64,000 nt of DNA. Origin: Planctomycetota bacterium (lineage in GTDB: Bacteria; Planctomycetota; B15-G4; SIAN01). Positions 46,399 to 56,504 of this stretch are shown here, piece by piece (within the stretch, counting starts at the first letter, position 1; every line of letters begins with the position of its first letter). The notes beneath the pieces were generated by a model. It worked only from the letters and a program-made list of their open reading frames with translations, was not told the origin of the DNA and searched no databases. The stretch covers positions 57,454 through 121,453 of the forward strand of contig JANQQL010000047.1 in assembly GCA_028289345.1 (NCBI GenBank), in the 5' to 3' direction. A program made the translations under genes and the position numbers.

Positions 46399-48210
46399 AT
46401 GGCACTCAGACATTCTCCTCCCACTCGTTCTTCATCACCGACCCCATCGATTGGCCTTGTGAGTCTTCTCGCCCGGCTCTTGACGATGATGGTGGTTCTG
46501 GCCGACCCTCTGGTCGCGAGCCCGGTCTTTCCTGACCCGGTCGCACCCATGGCCGCGCGCGCCAATCGCCGAGACAACTGGGAGGCCTGGTGGAAGAACA
46601 ATGGCAATCTCTACCTGCGTCAACGACGCCCGTTGCTGGACCGAGTCGTCTCGGGCGACGTTGGCTTCTCCACGGGACGAAGCCGGACTCACGAAGATCC
46701 ATTCCAAGGTCTGATCAATCCCGAGCTCTTGCAGACCGAGTTGATTCCGGAGCTCGTTCAGCAGCTGGAAGAGGCGCGCAGCTCCTACGTCACCGCGGCC
46801 GCGGACACTCTCGCGCGAATCGCAGACGACGCCACTCGCGACATGATCTATGAGCACTTGTCGCCGTTGATCACGGACGAGCGAACGGCGGTCCGAGATC
46901 GCTCCATCTTGGCACTGGGCATCCTCGGTCACAAAGAGGCTCGCCAGGACCTGATGGACATTGCCTTGGACACGAAGCGGGGAAGACACCTGACCGCTTC
47001 CGATGGCACCGTCTCGAAGCATCGTCGCTGCTTGGCGGCGTTGGGCCTCGGGTTCTTGGGGGACAGCGACGTGGCCGCTCCCATGATCAAAGAATCGCGG
47101 AAGACCAATTTGATGGATGTTCGCGGCGCGTTGCTGATGGGAGCCATGCACGCCGCCCCGGATGACCGAGCCACGGTGTCCGCTCTGGTCGACCGCCTGC
47201 GTCAACCCATTGAAGATCGCCGGGTGCAAACGATCGCCGCCACGGCATTGGGTCAGGCGGGAGGAGAGGCCGCTCGTTCCGCTCTGTCCACGCTGATTCG
47301 CTTGCTGAAGACGCGAGAAAGCCCGGGTGAACTGCGCATTTCGTGTGCGGTGGCGCTGGGAGCTTTGGGGCGGGTCGACGACGACAAGGTCGTTCGCGCG
47401 CTCATGCAAGGAACTCAGCTGGCGGACGCCAACTTGAAACACGTCTCCCTGATGGGGCTTGGCCGAATCCTGGAGTCCGCGGACGAGAAACAGCGCACCC
47501 CGCGAGCTCGCCAGAAGATTGTGGATCACCTGCTCCAAGAAGTCGTCCAACCCGACCAAGATGCCAACCGCCCCTTCGCCGCATTGGCGCTGGGAATCGG
47601 ATTGCGCGAGGACCCCACGGATTCTGCCACGCGCGAGGAGGTGGCGGCCGAGATCCGGAAAGTGTTCGAAGCCGAAACCGACCCGTTCATGGCAGGCGCC
47701 TTCGCCATCAGCTTGGGACTCATGAAAGACCCGGAAGGCGCTGCTGTCATGGCGCAGCGGCTCGACGACTCTCCCACGGATGTTCTCGCGAGACACTTGG
47801 CGCAAGCCATTGCGCTCTCCCACCACGACGCCGGCACGAAGACGTTCTTGAAAGAGGTCACGGCGGAAGAGACTCAGTTTTCCGTCCGCCTGGAGATGGG
47901 ACGCGCCCTCGGCATTCAGCAGGACGTCAAAGCCATCGAACCACTGGAGAAGATGCTGCAGGAAACCCAGAGCGAAGAGACCGTCGCGGGAATCGCGGGC
48001 GCGCTGGGTGCCATGCGCTGCACCGAAGCACTGTCCCCGCTGCTCGAACTCCTGCGCGATGAAACACGACCCGCCGGCAGCCGCATCCGCGCGATCACGG
48101 CACTTGCAGATCTCGCGGAGCCCGGCGACACATCATGGTTCGCGCCCTACACCGTCGACAGCAACTTGTTCGTTCGCAACGCGGGCATCGATCTCATTCT
48201 GCAGCGGTGA
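46399..48210 (+). CDS. HEAT repeat protein (probably secreted)
   Basis: Repeated VR...ALALG helical repeats; WEAWW motif; hydrophobic N-terminus. Confidence 0.8.
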   Translation: MALRHSPPTRSSSPTPSIGLVSLLARLLTMMVVLADPLVASPVFPDPVAPMAARANRRDNWEAWWKNNGNLYLRQRRPLLDRVVSGDVGFSTGRSRTHEDPFQGLINPELLQTELIPELVQQLEEARSSYVTAAADTLARIADDATRDMIYEHLSPLITDERTAVRDRSILALGILGHKEARQDLMDIALDTKRGRHLTASDGTVSKHRRCLAALGLGFLGDSDVAAPMIKESRKTNLMDVRGALLMGAMHAAPDDRATVSALVDRLRQPIEDRRVQTIAATALGQAGGEAARSALSTLIRLLKTRESPGELRISCAVALGALGRVDDDKVVRALMQGTQLADANLKHVSLMGLGRILESADEKQRTPRARQKIVDHLLQEVVQPDQDANRPFAALALGIGLREDPTDSATREEVAAEIRKVFEAETDPFMAGAFAISLGLMKDPEGAAVMAQRLDDSPTDVLARHLAQAIALSHHDAGTKTFLKEVTAEETQFSVRLEMGRALGIQQDVKAIEPLEKMLQETQSEETVAGIAGALGAMRCTEALSPLLELLRDETRPAGSRIRAITALADLAEPGDTSWFAPYTVDSNLFVRNAGIDLILQR

Positions 48211-48232
48211 TCAAGCGGTGGTGGCCCGCCGT

Positions 48233-48967
48233 TCATTCCGCGGGAGACGTAAGATACACAGGCTGCCCCACCGCCAAGCGACCGCACCGAATCACGGTGC
48301 CGTAGATTCCAGCCTTGTTGCTCCGTTCTCGAACCACGGTTTTGTGAACTTCCGGCGTGGGACGCGCGGACTCGGGATCCAGGTTGACCATCGAACAACG
48401 CTGATCCCAGTTTGTGATGGCAATTGCCGCCGCGGACGGGTCTTCTCCGAACGTCAGTGTCCCTCCGACCCACGAGTCTTCCTGGAAGGGGGACGATTCT
48501 TTCGTTGAGATCAAGAGGTTCGGCCGAAATCGGCGAACATCCGCGCGATGCGAGCCAAGGTTCGCGATCTCCTGCACGGTTGCAGAAGTGATTGCGGACA
48601 CGCTCGCTTCATCGAAAATGCCACGGATGAGGTGCGTCATCTCGACCGTCGATCCATGGCTGCTGCCCACTTTGGCGGCGAGTTCCTCACCGAACAGTTC
48701 CAGTTCCTCTCCATCGGGCATCCGCACGTGGGACGGAAGGTTTCCGGCTTCGGCAGCTCGCCGAACCGGTGCGCACAGAATCAGCTCGGGAAGCTTGGAT
48801 GCGGTCAACCAGGGGAAGCCTCCACGGTCATGGGTTCGACGAAACGCCAAGCGGCGATCGCCCTCGACACCATGCCAACCCAGCACTGCTTCCTCGAGCG
48901 ATTCCCCGGCCATGGACTTCACTGGATAGCGAAAGAGCGCTTCCACTTCCCCGACGTGAGTGTTCAT
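48233..48967 (-). CDS. MOSC domain protein
   Basis: LFRYPVKSMAGE, GVEGDRR, RRFRPNL, RCSMVNLDP, GIYGTVIRCG. Confidence 0.92.
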   Translation of the reverse strand: MNTHVGEVEALFRYPVKSMAGESLEEAVLGWHGVEGDRRLAFRRTHDRGGFPWLTASKLPELILCAPVRRAAEAGNLPSHVRMPDGEELELFGEELAAKVGSSHGSTVEMTHLIRGIFDEASVSAITSATVQEIANLGSHRADVRRFRPNLLISTKESSPFQEDSWVGGTLTFGEDPSAAAIAITNWDQRCSMVNLDPESARPTPEVHKTVVRERSNKAGIYGTVIRCGRLAVGQPVYLTSPAE

Positions 48968-48982
48968 TCTTCCCTACCCGAT

Positions 48983-50500
48983 TCACCCGCCTCGGCGGGC
49001 CAAGAGTGCGACGGCACCGGGCTCTTCCATTGTCTCGACGATCGTGCCGGCCCGCTTCAACACGCCGGAAACCTTCGGCAGAGGATCCTGCCATTGAGGA
49101 TGCTGGTAGATCACGACCCAATACAGGCTGCCCTCCTCGAGTTCCTGAATGTCCTGGAAGAGGAGCTTCAAGTCGGCCGCCCCGGTGGATGCGAAGATCT
49201 CGGGCTCTGGGTCGATGGGTTTCCCTTCCGCGTAGTAGCGGTAGGCGACACGGCCGAACTCTTCGACGTAGATGGGTTGGAGTGATTGTTCGTGAGCCGC
49301 GATCTGATTGAGAAGCGGACGCATCTCCTGAAAGCGAGGAGAATGCACCAGGTGATGGGCGGCTCGGCCAATGGGCCATGCCATCAGAGCAACGAATCCA
49401 GCCATCGCCATCCACTCGGCGCCGCGGACGCGGAGCGAGAAAAAGATCCCGAGGCCGTGGGCAATGATCAAGATCCAGGCAGGAACCAGGAACAACACCA
49501 GCCTTCCCCAGAATACCGGCTCCCAGCGATCGGGAATGTTCGTCGGAAACGGGTACAGATGGAACGTCGCGGCCAAAAGACCCAAGCAAGTGGGGACCAC
49601 CAAGATCGCTCCCAGCCAAGGCCGCCGGCGGAACATCCGAAGAACGCCAACCAGGAAAACCAAGCCCGGAAGGGACGAGAAGGCGAAGCCCCCGGGGTCC
49701 TGGAACATGCCGCGCACGGTCCTCCCCCACCAGTCGAGAGCCTTTTCCTGGGAGGGGAACGCCTCCCCCCAGAACGTCATCAAGTACTCGTCATTCTGCA
49801 GCTGGGAGAGAACCAGACCGTACTCGATGGCAAAGCTCGCCAGCCAGAGCAACGAGACTCCCGCCCATCGCGCGGCGGCAGATCGATCGCGTTCCACCAA
49901 GGCTCGAAGGAAACACACTCCTCCCACGGCGGCCGCGACAAAAGTCAAGGTCGCCGAGAACCACACACCCACGGCCCCGGCCACTGCCAAGGCCTTCCAG
50001 CGTGGCCCCAGCGGATGCCAGGCAAGCCCGACCAACAGCACCCCAAGCCCCACGTCCAGCACATAGGGCTTCAGCTCGGCGGAGTAGTAAACGAGAGGTT
50101 CCAACACGACGAACATGGCAAAGGCGATCAACGCCTCCCGGTTCCCCAATAGATTTCGCGCAACCCGCGCGAACACAACGAGCCCCGCCACCGACACCAG
50201 CCAGGGGAAGAAGCGCAGGACCCACTCCTCGTCTCCCAGAACCTCATGGCAAAGCTTGACGACCCAAAGGAATCCGACGGGTGCGACTTGATGAAAGTCG
50301 AGGGGCTCGAGAAGTTCCCCCCAGCCACGAGTGCGTAGATTCAGGGCAATGGCAAGCTCGTCGGCCCAGAAGGATCGATTCGCGATCAAACGCGCCAGGC
50401 GAAGGACGACCCCCAAGAGCAACAAGACCGCGAACGCCCCCTCGAAGCGGCGACTGCTTCGGTTCTTTCCCTGGTTCGCCTGGCTCAAGGAGTCAACCAA
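48983..50500 (-). CDS. GT-C (family 39/PMT-like) membrane glycosyltransferase
   Basis: RSFWADE, QVAPVGFL, EWVLR, YYSAELKPY; multi-TM. Confidence 0.8.
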   Translation of the reverse strand: MVDSLSQANQGKNRSSRRFEGAFAVLLLLGVVLRLARLIANRSFWADELAIALNLRTRGWGELLEPLDFHQVAPVGFLWVVKLCHEVLGDEEWVLRFFPWLVSVAGLVVFARVARNLLGNREALIAFAMFVVLEPLVYYSAELKPYVLDVGLGVLLVGLAWHPLGPRWKALAVAGAVGVWFSATLTFVAAAVGGVCFLRALVERDRSAAARWAGVSLLWLASFAIEYGLVLSQLQNDEYLMTFWGEAFPSQEKALDWWGRTVRGMFQDPGGFAFSSLPGLVFLVGVLRMFRRRPWLGAILVVPTCLGLLAATFHLYPFPTNIPDRWEPVFWGRLVLFLVPAWILIIAHGLGIFFSLRVRGAEWMAMAGFVALMAWPIGRAAHHLVHSPRFQEMRPLLNQIAAHEQSLQPIYVEEFGRVAYRYYAEGKPIDPEPEIFASTGAADLKLLFQDIQELEEGSLYWVVIYQHPQWQDPLPKVSGVLKRAGTIVETMEEPGAVALLARRGG

Positions 50501-51518
50501 CCTCGGGTGCGCTCCCCTCGATCCGAGCCCGGGACACGAGCTCGTGAAATCGCGAAACGTCGATGTTTGCTCCGCAAACGATCAGTGCCACACGCTTGCC
50601 CCTGAGCTCGTCGCGAAGCGGACCGAACAGAGCGGCAGTGGCGGCCGCTCCGGCGGGCTCCACCGCCAGCTTTGCGTCCTGGAACAACCAAGCCATCGCA
50701 TCGACGATTTGCGCATCGCTCACTTTGCACAAGCCATCGACGAATCGTCGGCATAGCCCGAAGGTGTAGGCCGCGGCGTGAGGCGCGCCCAGACTGTCGG
50801 CAATGGTTTGAATCTGGTCCAACTTGACCGGCGCGTTGGCTTCGAAACTGCGGTGCATGCTGTCGGCACCCTCCGGCTCCACGCCGAAGACCTGAGTGTG
50901 CGGCGAGACCTGCTTGACGGCCGCCGCAACTCCTGAACAAAGACCTCCTCCCCCGATTGGCACCACGACCGCATCCAAGTCCTCGACCTGCTGGCACAAC
51001 TCGAGTCCCAACGTGGCGGTTCCCAGTGCCGTTTCCCATCCGTCGAAAGGGTGTACGAACACTCGCCCTTCCTTCGCTTGGATTTCGTCCGCGATTCCAA
51101 ACAGCTCGTGCACGTCGTTCGCCAGAATCAGCTCTGCGCCGTCCTGACGGCAAGCTTCGATTCGCACCGGACTGGCGGTGCGAGGCATGACCAGCTTTGC
51201 GTGAACACCAAGCGCTCGAGAAGCATGAGCCGTCGCCATGGCGTGGTTCCCGGCGCTCACCGTGACGACCCCCTGCTCCTTTGCATCCTGCAAACGCGCC
51301 ATGATGTTCCGCAGCGCTCCCCGCACTTTGAAACTCCCGGCGTGTTGAAACAGCTCGAGCTTGAGAAAAAGCGATGTCGCCGCCCCGAGCTTGCGATCCA
51401 CGAAGGAACTCTGCCACCTCCAACTGGGAGTCACCTTGATCCGGTTGCCAAGAGACTCCCGCGCTTGTCGAATCTGATCGAGAGTCGGTGCCTGAAGAGA
51501 GTCCGCCGAATCGCTCAT
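50493..51518 (-). CDS. PLP-dependent threonine/serine dehydratase family protein
   Basis: LKLELFQHAGSFKVRGA, SAGNHA, HPFD, PIGGGGL, VEPAGAA, CGANID; no ACT domain. Confidence 0.92.
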   Translation of the reverse strand: MSDSADSLQAPTLDQIRQARESLGNRIKVTPSWRWQSSFVDRKLGAATSLFLKLELFQHAGSFKVRGALRNIMARLQDAKEQGVVTVSAGNHAMATAHASRALGVHAKLVMPRTASPVRIEACRQDGAELILANDVHELFGIADEIQAKEGRVFVHPFDGWETALGTATLGLELCQQVEDLDAVVVPIGGGGLCSGVAAAVKQVSPHTQVFGVEPEGADSMHRSFEANAPVKLDQIQTIADSLGAPHAAAYTFGLCRRFVDGLCKVSDAQIVDAMAWLFQDAKLAVEPAGAAATAALFGPLRDELRGKRVALIVCGANIDVSRFHELVSRARIEGSAPEVG

Positions 51519-51776
51519 GAGTTCCTGTTCCGAGTCATCAGTCCCGCCGCACTCGATTCGACCTCGCCCACTCCTCCCTGCTTCGATGGAGCGGGCCGTC
51601 CTCAAGGACTCCAAAGGTCGATTGCCGTGTGATCAAGGCAGGGAGCCGGGCGGATGTTACTTTCCTTCCGCACGAAGCAACGAGGGAGCGCTTGAAAATC
51701 GGCGAAGCCCCATCGATCGGGGTGAGTCAATCGCGAAAACTGCGCCCGGCCGACCAATTCTCCGTATCATTCGGCG

Positions 51777-52376
51777 ATGAGCCAGCGTCGCCCCATCCTC
51801 CTGTTCGATGTCATGGGCACCGTCGTCTATGACCCATTCTTCAAGGAAGTCCCCGAGTTCTTCGGTATGTCCTTCGAAGAGCTCATCGCGGCCAAGCACC
51901 CCCGGTCCTGGTTGGAATTCGAACGTGGCAAGCTCACCGAGGACGAGTTTTTGCCAATGTTCTTCAAAGACGGCCGGGACTATGACCGATCGGGACTCAA
52001 GAAATTCTGGACCGATGCCTACGCGTACCTCGACGGAATGGAAGCCGTGCTCCAGGACCTGGCGGACGCCGGCTACGACCTTCACTTGTTCAGCAATTAC
52101 ACGAACTGGTATCGACACATCGAAGAGCATCTCGAGCTGAGTCGCTATGCCTCGTGGACCGCCGTGTCCTGCAATATGGGACACCGCAAACCAGAGCGGG
52201 CCTCGTACCAGTGGGTCGCCCATCACCTGGGTGTTTCCATTCAAGACTGCCTGTTCGTCGACGATCGCAAGAAGAACATTTCCGGGGCCGAGAACGCGGG
52301 GATGCAAGGAATCCTGTTTCAAAGCGCGGAACAGTTACGCGGCGAACTGAAAACCCGGCAAATCCTCTCGAGGTGA
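51777..52376 (+). CDS. HAD family phosphatase
   Basis: LLFDVMGTV, FSN, RKP, FVDDRKKNI. Confidence 0.9.
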   Translation: MSQRRPILLFDVMGTVVYDPFFKEVPEFFGMSFEELIAAKHPRSWLEFERGKLTEDEFLPMFFKDGRDYDRSGLKKFWTDAYAYLDGMEAVLQDLADAGYDLHLFSNYTNWYRHIEEHLELSRYASWTAVSCNMGHRKPERASYQWVAHHLGVSIQDCLFVDDRKKNISGAENAGMQGILFQSAEQLRGELKTRQILSR

Positions 52377-52480
52377 AAGCTGGGAGCCACCCCAACCCAC
52401 GGCTCGGCACCGTCGATCAACAACCGCTTGGTGAACCGAGCCCTTGACGACCAACTTGCACGGAGAGACCATCGGTCGTC

Positions 52481-53356
52481 ATGCCCGAACTCCCCGATGT
52501 CACGCTCTATCTGACGGCACTCCAACGACGCATCGTTGGGGCAACGCTCGAACACGTCCGGCTGAAGAGCCCGTTCCTCTTGCGCTCGATCGAGCCACCC
52601 ATCTCCGAACTCGAAGGCAAGGAAGTGATCGGTCTGCGAAGACTCGGGAAGCGCATTGTGCTCGAGTTTGGCGAACAGCGGTTCCTGGTCTTTCACTTGA
52701 TGATTGCCGGTCGTTTCCAGTGGCGAGAGGCGGGAGCGAAGATCCCGGGCAAGCTGGGATTGGCGGCGTTCGACTTTTCCTCTGGCTGCTTGCTCTTCAC
52801 CGAAGCGGGAACCAAGAAGCGCGCGTCGCTCTATGTCGTCCAGGGGGAAGAGAAACTGCAAGAGCATCAGCCGGGAGGAGTCGAACCACTGGAAGTGGAC
52901 CTGTCCGGTTTCACGGCTGCACTGCTCAAAGAGAATCGCACACTAAAACGAGCCCTCACCGATCCCCGCGCGTTCAGTGGAATCGGCAATGCCTACTCCG
53001 ACGAGATCTTTCACCGCGCGGGCATGTCTCCCGTGCAGCGCACCAAGAACTTGAAGCCCGACGCGATTGAGAGACTCTTCCATGCCACTCGCGAGGTCCT
53101 TCAAGAGTGGATCGATCGGCTTCAAGAGGAAACCGGCGACGACTTCCCCACCAAAGTCACCGCGTTCCGAAAGGGAATGGCCGTGCATGGCAGGCACGGC
53201 AAACCCTGCCCGGTGTGCAAGAAACCCGTCCAGCGCATCGTCTACGCCGAACGGGAAACCAACTACTGCGCGATTTGCCAAACCAACGGCAAGCTCCTGG
53301 CCGACCGGGCGCTCTCCCTCCTTCTCAAAGAAGACTGGCCCAAGACTCTCGAGTGA
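52481..53356 (+). CDS. Fpg/Nei family DNA glycosylase
   Basis: N-terminal MPELP, RLGK, H2TH SGIGNAYSDEI, C4 zinc finger CPVC...CAICQ. Confidence 0.92.
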   Translation: MPELPDVTLYLTALQRRIVGATLEHVRLKSPFLLRSIEPPISELEGKEVIGLRRLGKRIVLEFGEQRFLVFHLMIAGRFQWREAGAKIPGKLGLAAFDFSSGCLLFTEAGTKKRASLYVVQGEEKLQEHQPGGVEPLEVDLSGFTAALLKENRTLKRALTDPRAFSGIGNAYSDEIFHRAGMSPVQRTKNLKPDAIERLFHATREVLQEWIDRLQEETGDDFPTKVTAFRKGMAVHGRHGKPCPVCKKPVQRIVYAERETNYCAICQTNGKLLADRALSLLLKEDWPKTLE

Positions 53357-53469
53357 ATCGGCCCCGGGGCACCCGCTTCCGTTCGTGCTGAATCCCGGTG
53401 ATGACCGCCGGAAAGTTGGGCGCGGCCTCTGCGGCTTTCCACAAAGCGATCAGGCCTCCACCACGGAAC

Positions 53470-54249
53470 TCACGTCCAGCGATCCAGAAGCAACTGAAGG
53501 GCGTGGCGCTGGCGACGGCTGCCGTGGAGTCGGGTGCCGTCGTGAAGCAGGACGGCGAAGTCTCCTTTGGCGGTCGGTTCGATCTCTCGAATCTGCTCGC
53601 TATTGACGATGAGGGACCGGTGGATTCGAAGGAACTGATGGGGATCGAGTCGTTTCTCGAGGTGGGTCAGGGCTTGGCGGTAGAGGACGGTGGATTCTGC
53701 GGTATGGAGCTGCACGTAGTTGCCCGCGGCTTCAATCCAGCGAATGTCCGGAACCGGCACCAGGACGATTCGGCCAGCCCCTTTGACCACGAGCCGCTCC
53801 GTGGGTCCGCGACGTTCGCGAACCTCGGCGAGCACTGATTCCGGCCCCCCATGCCTCTCGGGCCCTTGCTGCCTGCGGTCGAGAACCTTGCCAAGAGCCT
53901 GATCGAACAGCTTCTCGTCCACGGGCTTCAGCAAGTAGTCGACGGCGTTGGCCTGAAAGGCGCGGACGGCGTATTGGTCGTAAGCGGTGACGAAGATGAC
54001 CGAGGGAAGGTCCGCCGGGTCCAGATTGTCGAGAAGCTCGAAACCATCCATGCCCGGCATCTGAATGTCCAAGAACATCAGGTCCGGTTGCCACTCCGAC
54101 AAACCGGCGATCACTTCTTCGCCGCTGGAACACTCGGCCACCACCTGACATTCGGGGCGGTTCTCCAGAAGCTGGCCGAGTGCGCGCCGGGCCAGGACCT
54201 CGTCATCCACCACCAAGACGCGGAGGGGCGCCGACCGATGCTCGCTCAT
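53470..54249 (-). CDS. LytTR family response regulator
   Basis: VVDDE, FLDIQMP, FVTAY, DYLLKP; LytTR domain IEAAGNYV, FLRIHRS. Confidence 0.95.
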   Translation of the reverse strand: MSEHRSAPLRVLVVDDEVLARRALGQLLENRPECQVVAECSSGEEVIAGLSEWQPDLMFLDIQMPGMDGFELLDNLDPADLPSVIFVTAYDQYAVRAFQANAVDYLLKPVDEKLFDQALGKVLDRRQQGPERHGGPESVLAEVRERRGPTERLVVKGAGRIVLVPVPDIRWIEAAGNYVQLHTAESTVLYRQALTHLEKRLDPHQFLRIHRSLIVNSEQIREIEPTAKGDFAVLLHDGTRLHGSRRQRHALQLLLDRWT

Positions 54250-55343
54250 CCGGCGATCTCCCGGGGAATCTCGATCTGCACCGTCGTCCCCCGAGGGAGC
54301 CGAGGAGCCACGGAGAGAACGGCATCTTCCCCGTACAAGCTCTTCAAACGAGAGCGGGTGTTGCGAAGTCCCACTCCTTCCTTCCATCCGCCGACAAGCC
54401 CCGTGCCATCGTCACTCATGGTCAGTCGTAGCTTCTCGTCCGAAGCCTCGGCCCTCAGAGTCAAACGAACGGGCTCCTCACGCGTGGGGAGCCCATGACG
54501 CACCACGTTCTCGGCCAGGGGCTGCAAGAGCATCACCGGAACGTCCAAGTTCTGCACATCCGAGGGCACGTCCACCGAACAACTCAGCTGGGGGTAGCGA
54601 ATCTTCATCAGGTCCCAGTAGGTTTGAAAACCATCGATCTCTTCTTCGAGGGTTCGTTCTTCCTGGTCCATAGAATCCAGAGTGTCGCGCAGCAACGCGC
54701 TCAACCCCTGAATCATCGCGCGCGCCCCGTCTGGATTGTCCTTGACCAATACGGAGATACTGTTGAGGGTGTTGAACAAGAAGTGTGGCTGAAGCTGCAT
54801 CCGCAGCGCCTGCACTCCGGCGACGGCCATCTCTTCTCGCAACTGGCTGAACTGGAGTCGCCGCTGGTCCATCTCCCGCCGGGTGTCGTGCAGGCGTGAC
54901 GCCATGAGCACGACGCCATAGGCGATCAGCTCCATGAACGGGTGTAGGCTCCAGAGCAATTGTTCCCAGCGGACCGCCAGAGAAAAGTCGTAGAGGATCG
55001 GAAACCACGTTCGGAACGCAGCCAGCCAGAAGAGGTGGGCCGCCCCCAGAATCGCTGCCGCAACCAGGTGCCCGGTCCCGCGGGCGAGTCGGGACCGCGA
55101 CCGCAAACGCCGCCCCAGAGCAATCACCACGGGAGTCCCCAGAATCCAGGGCCACCACGTGGGAAGAGTTCGAACCGCCAGTGAAAGTGACGACACCTCC
55201 GCCTCGGTCCGCAGTTCGAGATAGAGATTCTCTTGCACTGCGGACAGACCACCGGGCACCGTCCAGATCACGAGAAGCAAGAACCACCAAGAGATCCGGG
55301 ACGAGGGGGAATCGGAAACAGCCTCGGGCTCAGTCAACGCCAA
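54246..55343 (-). CDS. LytS-type sensor histidine kinase
   Basis: About 4 TM helices; LRMQLQPHFLFNTLN, LLQPLAENVVRHG, DDGTG, GVGLRN. Confidence 0.93.
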   Translation of the reverse strand: MALTEPEAVSDSPSSRISWWFLLLVIWTVPGGLSAVQENLYLELRTEAEVSSLSLAVRTLPTWWPWILGTPVVIALGRRLRSRSRLARGTGHLVAAAILGAAHLFWLAAFRTWFPILYDFSLAVRWEQLLWSLHPFMELIAYGVVLMASRLHDTRREMDQRRLQFSQLREEMAVAGVQALRMQLQPHFLFNTLNSISVLVKDNPDGARAMIQGLSALLRDTLDSMDQEERTLEEEIDGFQTYWDLMKIRYPQLSCSVDVPSDVQNLDVPVMLLQPLAENVVRHGLPTREEPVRLTLRAEASDEKLRLTMSDDGTGLVGGWKEGVGLRNTRSRLKSLYGEDAVLSVAPRLPRGTTVQIEIPREIAG

Positions 55344-55389
55344 CCTCTGACAGCGATTTTCGGACGAGTCATGTTATCGAGTTCCCGGT

Positions 55390-55423
55390 CCCACTCGTCC
55401 CACCAGAAGCCCCGCTCAACCCA
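55390..55423 (+). promoter_or_regulatory. Direct repeat with 21-bp period, candidate LytTR binding site
   Basis: CCCACTCGTCCCA (55390) and CCCGCTCAACCCA (55411), 10/13 identical, between the lytS gene and the divergent gene. Confidence 0.45.
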
Positions 55424-55592
55424 TCCGGTTCCTCGACAACCCCGTGGGACTGCCGGCATTCGCCCGCCTTCGTACCTTGTTCTCCAAGCGCAGATCATTC
55501 CTGAAGGCCTCCGACGAACGGCCCAAGTTGCTTCAGGCTTCGTCATGGATGATCGTCGCGACACGACTCACGAAAAGCACCCGGAGACAAGA

Positions 55593-56480
55593 ATGATCGC
55601 TAGCGGACTTTCTCTTGCTTGCAGCCTCGCCGTTCTGGGCGGACTCGAAGACGCCGACTTTCGCACCGAGTACTTAGTGATGACCGGACAATGGAGCGAG
55701 GCGACGAAGGTTCTCGAAGCCGAAGTGATCGACCACCCCGAAGACACTCTCCTCTGGTATCAGCTCTCCCAAGTCAGAGCTTCCCAAGGGGATTCCGAAG
55801 GAGCTTTCGAGGCGCTCGACATGGCGGAAGGCAATCCCGCGATCGACCCGTCCATTCAGTACACCCGTGCAGGATTGCATGCGGCCGCGGGACAAGTGGA
55901 AGAGGCACTGGAGGCGCTGAACCTCGCCTTGGAGCTTGGCTTTCACGCAAAGTGGTTCTTTCCCAATGACCCGCGCTTCCAATCCCTACAGCAGAATTCG
56001 GAGTTTCAACGAATCCTCGCCCGGATGGACCCGCTGGCGACCGTGACCTCCGAGGACCCCATCAACCTGGCCACTTTGCGTCCCGAGCGTCAGATGGACT
56101 TCCTAGTCGGAGACTGGTACCGCATGAGCGCCGGTGCATTCCTCGGCCGCTCCTCGAATGTGGCGCTGCTGCAAGGCGCGGTCATCCAGAAGCGGGACGC
56201 CACCTCGACAAGCTTTCATGTGTTCGACCCGACTCTGCAGCGCTTCAAGCAAACCTGGTGCAGTGGTGCGGGCCACCACGACACCTTGGAAGGATCCCTC
56301 GAAGACGGCAAGCTGGTGCTCATCCAAGACGTCTTGCGTGGGCAACCCGGCGCCATTGGTCGGTCCACATTCTTCAACATCGCCAAGGACAGCTACGACT
56401 ACGAGTGGCACACCTCTGGCGACCAGGGGGCCACCTGGACTCTCGGGGCAAAGTATCGCTTCGTCCGAATCGAGAAATGA
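55593..56480 (+). CDS. Secreted TPR + DUF1579-like beta-barrel protein
   Basis: Signal-like N-terminus, TPR helices (WYQLSQV, QYTRAGLHA..G..EEAL), MDFLVGDW...SGDQGATW; RBS GGAG. Confidence 0.7.
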   Translation: MIASGLSLACSLAVLGGLEDADFRTEYLVMTGQWSEATKVLEAEVIDHPEDTLLWYQLSQVRASQGDSEGAFEALDMAEGNPAIDPSIQYTRAGLHAAAGQVEEALEALNLALELGFHAKWFFPNDPRFQSLQQNSEFQRILARMDPLATVTSEDPINLATLRPERQMDFLVGDWYRMSAGAFLGRSSNVALLQGAVIQKRDATSTSFHVFDPTLQRFKQTWCSGAGHHDTLEGSLEDGKLVLIQDVLRGQPGAIGRSTFFNIAKDSYDYEWHTSGDQGATWTLGAKYRFVRIEK

Positions 56481-56504
56481 TGGCACGGGGCGGCGGTGAC
56501 GTCT

